Positions 6,370-14,745 of a stretch of 27,437 nt of DNA are shown here, in pieces. The stretch is from a virus (Duplodnaviria; Caudoviricetes). The stretch spans positions 1 to 27,437 of the IMG/VR virus record IMGVR_UViG_3300020388_000056. One strand, written 5' to 3'. A model generated the notes under the pieces. It searched no databases. It was not told where the DNA came from and saw only the letters and a program-made list of their open reading frames with translations. The stretch's first letter is position 1, and every line of letters starts with the position of its first letter. Made by a program: the position numbers and the translations under genes.

Positions 6370-7891
6370 ATCTGATTATTGAAGCTTGATGAATGAGTTG
6401 GTTATCTAAAAAGCCTTCACCATTGCTATTACTAATTGTAACTACTGATGAGTTATTTGTACTAGTGTCTCCACCTTTAATTATATTTTGTGTAGTAGCT
6501 TGTCCATTTTGTCGATCTAGTTGTTTTTGTATTAAGTCTTGTTGTTCTTGAGTTAACATGCTTAAATCAGCATCAAGATCTGGTTGTGGAATCATAATTA
6601 AATTTTCTGCATCTTGAGTTGCAGTGTTAAGATCAAAGCCAAGTTCTGCCTGAGCAGCCGCAATTTCTTCTGGAGTAGGTACTGATCTTTGGTCTATTAC
6701 ACCAAATCCAAATGGATCTTCTTTACCTTCTCCTTTTGCAATCCTTTCTAGTTCTTCTTTTTGTTTCTTGGCTTGCATTTCTGCTTTTTTCTGATCACCA
6801 GCATCTGTAGCTAAATATTCAGCATCAGCCATTGCAGCTAAAGCCGGTGGTATTTCAAATCCAAAAAATGCTGCAACTGATCCTAATGCATCACCGATAA
6901 ATTTACCAAGCATTATAAAGAAATTACCTACAGCTGCTAAAGCATCACCAACATATGCAACAGCTACTAATACAGCATCAAAAATATTAGAAAAATCTAG
7001 TTCCTGCGCAATTGTATCTAGTATACCATATAAAGCCAATGCACCAAGAACTATCAATGCTATAGGAGCAACAACAGGTATAACAGCCGACAATACTGTA
7101 GCGAATCCAGTAACTAAAGATAACATAGCTGTACCCATCATAGGAAGAAATGTTCCCATAAAAAATAATCGCATTGCATTTACTGCTTTTATTGTATTTC
7201 CAAGACTTGTGAGTAATGATCCACCAGATAATAATGTAATACCAGCAATCATTGCGGCAAAGGTGCTAAAGTCATCACCCATACCTTTCATAGTTGCTTC
7301 TATACCTTGTTCACCCTCAAATAATTTTACAAGATTGCTTAATACGTTTGATACACTAGTAATTGCATCACCTACTATTTGAGCAAATTTTTGTGGGTCA
7401 ATAAATAATAATGCTATACCTGCAATACTTGCTAAAAATCCTACTCCGCCAGTAACATTGCCAGCAAACTCGTCAAATTTATTTGCTGTGAGATTTACAC
7501 CTTCAGCGGTTCTTTCCAGAAAATCATTCTGTTCTTGTAAAAGTTTTTCTTGCTCTCTTCTTTTTTCTTCGGATTGTACAGCTTTCTCTAAAGCGTTTAA
7601 TTGTTTTAATGCGGCAGACTCAGCATCAGCATCTCCACTGGATATCGCATTTTTTAAGTCTTTATTTACTTGTGCAAAAGATTCTTTAAACTGCTTCGTA
7701 CTTTCGTTATTTTTTGTACCTAAAACACCACCAAGCTTTTGAATCCTATCACCAACGTCAGCGGCTGATGATTGACCTTCAATCGTTTTAGTTTGCTCAT
7801 CTAGCTTTTTAGATATTTGACTTAAAACTTTTACAGTTTTACCTGCAAAACCTGCTTCTTTTTGTTTATCGCTGAGTTCTTTATCTGCCAT
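6368..7891 (-). CDS. probable tape measure / baseplate hub protein (gp29-like, 507 aa)
   Basis: N-terminal coiled coil, central Ala/Gly-rich hydrophobic helices, low-complexity Asn/Ser/Thr C-terminus; lies downstream of the tube gene and gp26/gp51. Inferred from architecture and synteny only. Confidence 0.65.
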   Translation of the reverse strand: MADKELSDKQKEAGFAGKTVKVLSQISKKLDEQTKTIEGQSSAADVGDRIQKLGGVLGTKNNESTKQFKESFAQVNKDLKNAISSGDADAESAALKQLNALEKAVQSEEKRREQEKLLQEQNDFLERTAEGVNLTANKFDEFAGNVTGGVGFLASIAGIALLFIDPQKFAQIVGDAITSVSNVLSNLVKLFEGEQGIEATMKGMGDDFSTFAAMIAGITLLSGGSLLTSLGNTIKAVNAMRLFFMGTFLPMMGTAMLSLVTGFATVLSAVIPVVAPIALIVLGALALYGILDTIAQELDFSNIFDAVLVAVAYVGDALAAVGNFFIMLGKFIGDALGSVAAFFGFEIPPALAAMADAEYLATDAGDQKKAEMQAKKQKEELERIAKGEGKEDPFGFGVIDQRSVPTPEEIAAAQAELGFDLNTATQDAENLIMIPQPDLDADLSMLTQEQQDLIQKQLDRQNGQATTQNIIKGGDTSTNNSSVVTISNSNGEGFLDNQLIHQASIIR

Positions 7892-7895
7892 TTAA

Positions 7896-8267
7896 TTATT
7901 TCCCAAATGCTTTTCCTGCTTCTGATATACCGAATGCGCCAAGTGTTACGACTACGAATGATGTATAAATTGTATCTGATATTTTTAAATCCATACCGTA
8001 GAATGCTGTAACTAAATCACACACACCAAATACAACCATTAAGAAGAATGATATAAATCCTATAATAGATTTTTCATTCACATCATTGTCATCTAAAAAT
8101 AAATCGATAAATTTTCTTTTAGGTGGTGCTAGTCTTTTCTTTGCCGCGGCCGCTTCAGATTGCATAGCTTTGATTGTATCTTCTGCATCATCAAGTTTAT
8201 TGATGAGACTCATATACTTATCTAAGTCTATTTCAACTTCGTTTCTGCTATTATCTTGTTCTGCCAT
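7896..8267 (-). CDS. membrane protein (123 aa; N-terminal coiled coil, two C-terminal TM segments)
   Basis: ORF track; GAGGA SD; TAATG coupling to the gp51 frame; hydrophobic SIIGFISFFLMVVFGV and IYTSFVVVTLGAFGI. Confidence 0.75.
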   Translation of the reverse strand: MAEQDNSRNEVEIDLDKYMSLINKLDDAEDTIKAMQSEAAAAKKRLAPPKRKFIDLFLDDNDVNEKSIIGFISFFLMVVFGVCDLVTAFYGMDLKISDTIYTSFVVVTLGAFGISEAGKAFGK

Positions 8268-8458
8268 TATTTTTTCCTCTGTAAGTTTTTCATTCTTTCA
8301 TTTTCTTTCTTAATATGGTCGGCTAAAAGAGCTACATATATTTCCCTTTCCCATGGTACCATATCATTTAGTTCAGTTAAACTATAATTATGGTTTTGCA
8401 TCATCGCAAAATTAGTCTTATAATGATTTATGAGACTATCATGCGAAAGGCCTACGTA
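8267..8458 (-). CDS. 51: gp51-like baseplate hub assembly protein; probably the -1 frameshift extension of gp26 (first in-frame ATG at 8404; not in ORF track)
   Basis: Frame reads YVGLSHDSLINHYKTNFAMMQNHNYSLTELNDMVPWEREIYVALL...*. The YS..EL..M.PWEREIY..LL motif is characteristic of gp51. Confidence 0.85.
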   Translation of the reverse strand, partial: YVGLSHDSLINHYKTNFAMMQNHNYSLTELNDMVPWEREIYVALLADHIKKENERMKNLQRKK

Positions 8459-9159
8459 AAAAAATTTTGTATACCTTTTAACTCAAGTTTATTTTCTTCT
8501 CCGCATGATTTACATTTAAAATCAAGATCAGATCTAACTGTTGGTATATTACTATAATAATCAGTTATCTTTTTAAACTGTGCTGAGTTAAGGTTTTCTA
8601 AAAATTTAACTACTTCAGCTAACCCTTCATCTTCAGCGTTATAAACATTATCTTCATCAAATATTGTTATAACACTTTTAGCCATAAGTTCCATTACACC
8701 TTCCATTGTTTCTGCATCTTGTTTTAAATTAGCTACATCATCAACGGCCGGATGTTTTACAGTAATACCAATTGTATCACTGAAATTAATAACATTGCTT
8801 ACATCTTCATCAGGTGTACTTACATAAACCTTTTCTAAGTCGCATACAATATCATTTAACGTTTCACAGGCTGTACATTTTAATTTCAGATCTACCTTTT
8901 CGCCAACTGATTTTGCTCTTAACTGAACAAACATCCATTCGACATCAAAAGTAGTTAATTTTTTAACATCGATCTGAGTATATACACATGCTTGTATAAC
9001 ATCTTGCATTGCTCTAATCATTTGCTTTTGGTCTTTCGACTCAATCGCAATCATTAGAATTTTTTCTTCTTTGACCAAATATGGTCTAAATTCTATTGTT
9101 TCGTTCGTAGATGGCAGTTTAGTACTGTACTTCGAACTATTCACTTGTGGCAAAGCCAT
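8452..9159 (-). CDS. 26: baseplate hub assembly protein gp26
   Basis: MALP...Y...LPST...I.FRPYLVKEEKILMIA.ES, FDVEW.F.QLRAKSVGE and two CxxC pairs; AGGAG SD. Confidence 0.93.
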   Translation of the reverse strand: MALPQVNSSKYSTKLPSTNETIEFRPYLVKEEKILMIAIESKDQKQMIRAMQDVIQACVYTQIDVKKLTTFDVEWMFVQLRAKSVGEKVDLKLKCTACETLNDIVCDLEKVYVSTPDEDVSNVINFSDTIGITVKHPAVDDVANLKQDAETMEGVMELMAKSVITIFDEDNVYNAEDEGLAEVVKFLENLNSAQFKKITDYYSNIPTVRSDLDFKCKSCGEENKLELKGIQNFFT

Positions 9160-9173
9160 AATATTCTCCTATT

Positions 9174-9848
9174 TTATATTCCAAGTTTGCTACTTGCTTT
9201 ATCAAGTAAACCTTGTTTAACGGTCTGTCCAGCATTTTCAAAATTACTGAATGGACCTTCAGGTGTAAACTTATCATAAGCAAAGGTTACACTGAATTTA
9301 TTTATCACCGTGTCTTCTTGATTCAATTCAATCGAACTCATAGTAATTGGATAAGCTTTTTCAAGCTTAATCCCATACACTGGAACATTTTCTTGATCCA
9401 GTTGTTGTATCATTACATCGCATGAATAATTATCTTTATATCCAAGCTTGTATGTGTCTGGGTCGACTACTTGACTCATCCAGTTATCGAATAAAGATCT
9501 CATATAGTAGTCGTTTGTTAATAAAAATTGTATCTCAACATCATCATCGATAAATGTTTGAGGAAATTTATTTGATTGTATAGTGTCTTGGTGATCCATT
9601 GTTGCTATAGATCTACCAGGTAAAGCTACATTTGAGCAAAGCATAGATATATCTCTTGGATTATTAAAAGCATTCTTTGCTAAATTAAGTGATGGGCCTT
9701 GTTCTCTTATTAAAGAACCTACAATCGAATTAATATCTATATTTGCTAATGACTGTGATGGAGGTGTAAAGATTACATTGAATCTATTACTCGGTGCGGT
9801 TCCACCGTGTTTACCTATTACTGCTTTTATATCGTCTATACTACTCAT
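9174..9848 (-). CDS. tail tube family protein (gp54/gp19-like tube initiator)
   Basis: NRF.V, C..V.LPG, F..WM..V, I.QLD and L..AYP....I.L pattern of the T4 gp19/gp54 tube fold. Confidence 0.8.
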   Translation of the reverse strand: MSSIDDIKAVIGKHGGTAPSNRFNVIFTPPSQSLANIDINSIVGSLIREQGPSLNLAKNAFNNPRDISMLCSNVALPGRSIATMDHQDTIQSNKFPQTFIDDDVEIQFLLTNDYYMRSLFDNWMSQVVDPDTYKLGYKDNYSCDVMIQQLDQENVPVYGIKLEKAYPITMSSIELNQEDTVINKFSVTFAYDKFTPEGPFSNFENAGQTVKQGLLDKASSKLGI

Positions 9849-10438
9849 TATTGTTTAGATATTTTTAAACTATCTCTCCATACAGTTGCTGTCTTAGCTT
9901 TTCTAAATTGTTCTACTGGTAAAAATATTGCGATCTCCCAGTCTGTCATTGGCACCTTTGCAAATCTTGATTTTACATGATCTGTTAAATAATGTTTGAA
10001 ACATGGTTTAAACTCTTTAAATTTACGAGCACTTTTTAGTAAGTCATATCTCATTTTAGTAATACGTGATGTTTCAGTAGCTTTTTTAGGAGCTAACCCC
10101 ATCAACTCATCTAAAAATCTGGCTCTTAAATTATAATTTAAATAATGTAAATTTAATCCATAGAATCCACCCTTTGCTGGTTCAACCATTATTGTTAATG
10201 GAAACCTATCGTAATATGGTAATGATTCTTTTAACTTTGGATCATAAAAATACATATACATATTACCAGCAATCGTTCTTGTTGTGTTCGTTAGAGCGTC
10301 ATCTTTTAATAATGTTTTACGCGCAGGTATTGCGAGATCTTTTACTTTATCTTGAAACCACTTTCTCGAAGCATCGGTCCTTGCCTTTACTCCAGCGCGC
10401 TGTGCTCCTGCCTGTAATGTATCAAATAAACTTGCCAT
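9848..10438 (-). CDS. 2: DNA end protector protein gp2
   Basis: YFYDPKLK..LPYYDRFPL, GFYGLNLHYL, K.YL..HV.S and W..AIFLP..QF motifs. Confidence 0.95.
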   Translation of the reverse strand: MASLFDTLQAGAQRAGVKARTDASRKWFQDKVKDLAIPARKTLLKDDALTNTTRTIAGNMYMYFYDPKLKESLPYYDRFPLTIMVEPAKGGFYGLNLHYLNYNLRARFLDELMGLAPKKATETSRITKMRYDLLKSARKFKEFKPCFKHYLTDHVKSRFAKVPMTDWEIAIFLPVEQFRKAKTATVWRDSLKISKQ

Positions 10439-10444
10439 ATATAC

Positions 10445-10452
10445 TATTTATA
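10445..10452 (-). promoter_or_regulatory. T4-type late promoter for gp2
   Basis: TATAAATA on the minus strand in the 14-bp gap between gp4 and gp2, 6 nt before the ATG. Confidence 0.85.
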
Positions 10453-10899
10453 TCAAGAGGCTAGTACTTTGATGCCTAGATTCTTTAAAGTTTCTTCAGT
10501 CCAAACTTGAAACTTCCATCCATTATGTTTAGCAAACGTATCAGCTGCTTCCCACTTATCTTGATTCTTAGCATATGTTAACATCTCATTGATATATCTT
10601 TTGGTTTTACGTGATTTCTTTTTAGGTAATTGAGTTTCCTTTTTAGGTTTAATCTCAATTAAATAGATTTCTTTGTTATCCATCTCGATCAAAAGATCAA
10701 CATAATAACGATGTAATTTTTTATCTACAGAAGATTTATATGGTACTACCACACCTTCTGAATTCCATAATCTTACTTTTGGATTGTTTTCACACCATCT
10801 AAATGTATTTCTTTCCCATAATGACCTAAATATTACTTTATCAGTATCACCTGCATACTTTTCTGGTTTTTTTATTGTATATCTACCTTTATAACTCAT
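10453..10899 (-). CDS. 4: head completion protein gp4 (TnsA-like nuclease fold)
   Basis: YKG....K.P.KY.GD...V.FRSLWER, H.Y.VD, LIEIKP, N..KWEAA and F.V.TE motifs. Confidence 0.95.
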   Translation of the reverse strand: MSYKGRYTIKKPEKYAGDTDKVIFRSLWERNTFRWCENNPKVRLWNSEGVVVPYKSSVDKKLHRYYVDLLIEMDNKEIYLIEIKPKKETQLPKKKSRKTKRYINEMLTYAKNQDKWEAADTFAKHNGWKFQVWTEETLKNLGIKVLAS

Positions 10900-10906
10900 A
10901 TAAATA
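10899..10906 (+). promoter_or_regulatory. T4-type late promoter for the rightward baseplate operon
   Basis: TATAAATA, 43 nt upstream of ATG 10950. Confidence 0.8.
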
Positions 10907-10930
10907 ATCTATAGTTAATTAATTTATATT

Positions 10931-10938
10931 TATTTATA
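10931..10938 (-). promoter_or_regulatory. T4-type late promoter for the leftward gp4 operon
   Basis: TATTTATA on the plus strand (TATAAATA on minus), 31 nt upstream of the gp4 ATG. Confidence 0.8.
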
Positions 10939-10949
10939 TAGGAACGCAG

Positions 10950-11861
10950 ATGAGTACAATTGTTTTTCCAAGAACATTAAGACAAAAAATAGGAGAAGAT
11001 GGTAGTGGTAACTATCCTCATATTCGTATTGCAACAGTAAATGATGTAAAAGAAATTGAAGCAATACATTTATACGCACCACAAGGTATACAAGTTGGTG
11101 ATGGCGCAAACTATAATGGTTTAGAGTTAGGAGTTATTAAAGGAGCTCAAGACGCCATAGATAAATTTAAAGCTGGTGACTTTGCAATGTCTAATGATCA
11201 AAGCCTAGTAATGGGTATTAAAGCTTTAGACAAATTAGGAGTTGATGCAGGTGTAAGTGCTGCTGCGGCTCAACAATCTGGTGTAGCATTTAATCAACAA
11301 ACAGCTCTTGCATTTGAAGGTATGAACCTAAGACAATTTAATTTTAGTTTTACTCTTGTACCAGAATCAGCTGCTGAGTCAGAAGATATTAGAAAAATAG
11401 AAAACTTTTTTAGAAAATATATGTATTCAGAAGTAGATGGATTTGTAGCTAAATTTCCTGAAAAATTTAGAATTAAATTTTTTGATGGTGCTGAAGAAAA
11501 TCCATTTATGCCTTACATTCATGATTGTTTCTTATCAAGTTTAGAAACAACATATAATCCAGAATCAAATATGTATTATGATGTAGAAAAAGATGGTAAA
11601 AAATTTAAAGCACCACAGTCAGTAACTATATCATTAACATTCTCAGAAGCAAGACTTCTATCAAGACAAGATATATATGGAATGGAAGGCGATGGTACAA
11701 CAAGAGACGGACTAGATTATGATTATAATAGAGAAACTTCTCAACAAGGTGGAAAATCTTTTACTAAAGAAGAACTTAAGGCTGATGCCAACAAACAAAT
11801 TATAAAAACTGCACAAGATACAAAAATAGCCGCTGATGAAGCAAATAAGGACAACAAATAA
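10950..11861 (+). CDS. 48: baseplate tail tube cap gp48
   Basis: I.LY.P, N.....FEG...RQF.FSF.L.P.S..E...I..I..FF and ..L.F.E...L.R motifs; precedes gp53. Confidence 0.85.
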   Translation: MSTIVFPRTLRQKIGEDGSGNYPHIRIATVNDVKEIEAIHLYAPQGIQVGDGANYNGLELGVIKGAQDAIDKFKAGDFAMSNDQSLVMGIKALDKLGVDAGVSAAAAQQSGVAFNQQTALAFEGMNLRQFNFSFTLVPESAAESEDIRKIENFFRKYMYSEVDGFVAKFPEKFRIKFFDGAEENPFMPYIHDCFLSSLETTYNPESNMYYDVEKDGKKFKAPQSVTISLTFSEARLLSRQDIYGMEGDGTTRDGLDYDYNRETSQQGGKSFTKEELKADANKQIIKTAQDTKIAADEANKDNK

Positions 11862-11863
11862 TA

Positions 11864-12742
11864 ATGTTTTTTAATAAATTTCCAACAGTAGATTACGATA
11901 TAAAACGTAAAGGTAAAACACAAAAAATGGTCGATACTTTTCGAGCAGTTCGTCCATTGCAAAATTTTGTAGATAATTTTACAGGATATAGATTATACGA
12001 AGTAATAAATGGTGAAAGGCCTGATATAGTTTCACAAAGACTTTATGGTTCACCAAAATTTTATTGGACATTTTTTGTTATTAATGATATACTGCATGAT
12101 GGATATCGTGCTTGGCCAATGAGCCAAGAAGATTTAGTTGAATACATAGAAAAAGTATACGCTGGAGTTGCAATAACAACTAATCCTAAAACAGCGGCCG
12201 CAAGTTTTTCAAGTAATAATAATCAAGTTGATTCATTAGCTGGAAGATTTAGTGTAGGTAAAACATTACATGGTACAAAGTCAGGTGCTAAGGGTAGAAT
12301 CGTAAAGAAAAATATTGACATGAATCAATTAATTGTACAAGACGTTGTTCTTGGTACAGCTGGACAGAATGGTATAACAGGAGCTTCTGATAGTAGTATT
12401 ATTGGTGGTAACTTTATTGGTGATCCATTACTCAATCCTGGTTCAGAACAAATACAACAATTCGACGGTGTTACACCATCTGCAGGAGACCTTGTAAATA
12501 CTTATAGAGTATATGATTATGCAAGCGCACCATATAAATTTTTTAAAACAGATGATGTAAATAAAAAAGCAGTAGATAACTCTGAGCATATCCTAAGCGC
12601 AGAAACAGTTACCGGTATATCTTTCCAAACATATAGAGATTATGAAATAGAACTGAATGATGCGAGATCATCAATTAAATATGTTGATCCACAATTTATC
12701 GAACAGTTTGTATCAGGATTTGAAGAGTTGATCAATGGCTAA
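11864..12742 (+). CDS. 53: baseplate wedge subunit gp53
   Basis: MFF.KFP.V.Y, LysM-like GERPDIVSQRLYGS...YW, WPMSQ and C-terminal Y.DYE.ELND..S.I motifs. Confidence 0.88.
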   Translation: MFFNKFPTVDYDIKRKGKTQKMVDTFRAVRPLQNFVDNFTGYRLYEVINGERPDIVSQRLYGSPKFYWTFFVINDILHDGYRAWPMSQEDLVEYIEKVYAGVAITTNPKTAAASFSSNNNQVDSLAGRFSVGKTLHGTKSGAKGRIVKKNIDMNQLIVQDVVLGTAGQNGITGASDSSIIGGNFIGDPLLNPGSEQIQQFDGVTPSAGDLVNTYRVYDYASAPYKFFKTDDVNKKAVDNSEHILSAETVTGISFQTYRDYEIELNDARSSIKYVDPQFIEQFVSGFEELING

Positions 12743-14051
12743 TTTATATAACCCAACAACTAAAGGCACAGATTACAAAAATGATAAAGGCGAAACTGCT
12801 TCATCATTTGGTTATACACTAGAAAAAACAATTTTAACTTTGCATAACGGCGAAGAAATAGAAATATCTAACTTAGTAAATTTCATTAAAATTCATGAAT
12901 CACTTGATACTCCCTTTAGTAAAGTTGATTTACAAATTATTGATGCTACTAAATTTTTACAATTTGCTGACCTTCGAGGCGATGAAGAAATAAATATTGT
13001 CTTAAAAAGAGATGGAGTCTTTGAAGGTAAATTTAATTTAAAATTAAAAATTGCTGAAATAGGTGGTTACGTTAAAAAAGATCAAGCAAAACAATTCTTT
13101 AGACTTTCATGTATACAAAAACATATGTATGAAAACCAAAAACTTACAATAAGTAAATCCTTTGAAGGAACAGTTGGTGCATTAATAAAAGACTTATGTA
13201 AGGTAATGCAATTAAAACCTAAAGAACTACTTAATATATCTGACTCATCAAAGGAAATTATAAAAGGAATATATCCATCAATTAAACCTATTGCTGCAAT
13301 CAATTGGTTATTAAGAAATGCATTTGACGATGGTACACCTTACTTCTTTTATAATACGTTATCATCGGGACTTAAATTAAAATCATATAAAGAATTACTT
13401 GATGTAAGATATATTGATGAATCAGACTTTAAAAAAGAATACAATGCAACCTTTGGTCAAATATTAGAACCAGTAGGTGAACCTAGTTACTTTTTAGAAG
13501 AAGCTAAGAGGGTTGCAACCATGGCCGGTGGAATGAATATGAGTCAATACGTTGCAATAGGTGCTGGCGCTTATACAGGTAATGTTGTAAGTTTAGATAT
13601 ATCAACAAAAGAATTAAAAACAGATAGATTTGATTATAATCAATTAAATAATAAATTGGAAAAAGAAAAACCCTTTGTAAATCCAGAAAATAACGAATCA
13701 GATAAAGCTAAGACAATTTATATTAATACAAATAAAGAAGCTTTTAATGGAAAAAATAATTATCACAGTCCGACAAAGGATAAAACAGTAGGTAATTATC
13801 ATGCGTATTTACAAAATTTAAAAATGAATACCTTTTCAATTATTGTACCAGGTGATTTTAATATAGAACCAGGACACATTATTAAACTAAAAGTATTAGC
13901 ATCATCAGAAAATCCAAATGATTTAGTAGATAAGTATCTAACAGGCAAATATTTAATTAAATCAATAGAACATTCATTTAAAGATACATATGAAATGAGA
14001 TTAACAATATGCAGAGATTCTTTCCATAGGAGTAATAATGATACAACATAG
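12735..14051 (+). CDS. baseplate hub protein (gp27-like)
   Basis: I.ESL, D......L.G.E.I, YFFY, VPGD..I.PG..I and G.YLI..I.H pattern of gp27/gpD-type hubs; immediately before gp5. Confidence 0.75.
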   Translation: MANLYNPTTKGTDYKNDKGETASSFGYTLEKTILTLHNGEEIEISNLVNFIKIHESLDTPFSKVDLQIIDATKFLQFADLRGDEEINIVLKRDGVFEGKFNLKLKIAEIGGYVKKDQAKQFFRLSCIQKHMYENQKLTISKSFEGTVGALIKDLCKVMQLKPKELLNISDSSKEIIKGIYPSIKPIAAINWLLRNAFDDGTPYFFYNTLSSGLKLKSYKELLDVRYIDESDFKKEYNATFGQILEPVGEPSYFLEEAKRVATMAGGMNMSQYVAIGAGAYTGNVVSLDISTKELKTDRFDYNQLNNKLEKEKPFVNPENNESDKAKTIYINTNKEAFNGKNNYHSPTKDKTVGNYHAYLQNLKMNTFSIIVPGDFNIEPGHIIKLKVLASSENPNDLVDKYLTGKYLIKSIEHSFKDTYEMRLTICRDSFHRSNNDTT

Positions 14052-14727
14052 ATTTGAAGACGGATTTGTACAAGGTAACTTTACATGGTTTATAGGTAGA
14101 GTAGAAAGTATTACTGATCCGAAAAATTTAAATAGAGTTAAAGTAAGATGTTACGGTTATCATACAGAAGATATTAGTGAAGTTTCGACTGATGATTTAC
14201 CATTTGCTACAGTGGTCATGCCAGTGACCTCAGCCTCACTCAAAGGCATTGGAGGTAATCACCATTTAGAAATAGGGTCATGGGTTTTTGGATTCTTTAG
14301 AGATGGACCTAGTGCACAGGATCCGATGGTGGTCGGAAGTATTGCAACTCAAGAAGATGGAGTACAAGATATACCAACTGATGCATCAGAAACAAATAAA
14401 GTATATAAGTCAAAGGCAGGACATTTAATTGAAATTGATAATACTGATGGTGCAGAAAGAATTAATGTTAAACATAAATCAGGAACAACAATTAATATAT
14501 CATCAGACGGAACAGTGTCTATAGAAGCTTCTAATGATATAGTCAATATTAAAGGTAATACAACAATCACTGGAACTTTACATGCTACAGGAGATATTAG
14601 CACGGATGCTGGCAATGCACCAACACTTGCAGGACATAGACACGTTGAAGTACCAGGAACCGGTGGATCAGCTTCACCAACACCTCTGAAGCAAAATACT
14701 TCGATTCCTGATGAATCGATTACATAA
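14038..14727 (+). CDS. 5: central spike gp5 (short, lysozyme-less; OB-fold, beta-helix, HxH tip)
   Basis: WFIGRVE...DP..L.RVKVRC.G.H and G.WVFGFFRDG..AQ.P; K.GH.IEID.T.G.ERI...H.SGT repeats; LAGHRH near the C-terminus. Confidence 0.9.
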   Translation: MIQHRFEDGFVQGNFTWFIGRVESITDPKNLNRVKVRCYGYHTEDISEVSTDDLPFATVVMPVTSASLKGIGGNHHLEIGSWVFGFFRDGPSAQDPMVVGSIATQEDGVQDIPTDASETNKVYKSKAGHLIEIDNTDGAERINVKHKSGTTINISSDGTVSIEASNDIVNIKGNTTITGTLHATGDISTDAGNAPTLAGHRHVEVPGTGGSASPTPLKQNTSIPDESIT

Positions 14728-14732
14728 TAGAG

Positions 14733-14740
14733 TATAAATA
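14733..14740 (+). promoter_or_regulatory. T4-type late promoter for gp25
   Basis: TATAAATA in the 18-bp intergenic gap, 5 nt before the ATG. Confidence 0.85.
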
Positions 14741-14745
14741 GTTAT

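Noticed and set aside
7458-10464. Plus-strand ORFs 7458-7742, 8086-8313, 9213-9425 and 10174-10464
   Set aside because: They are antisense to recognisable morphogenesis genes, with composition typical of shadow frames.
10453-10899. TnsA-like nuclease as a transposase or homing endonuclease
   Set aside because: Motifs and position next to gp2 identify it as core gene 4; I saw no terminal repeats or intron features.
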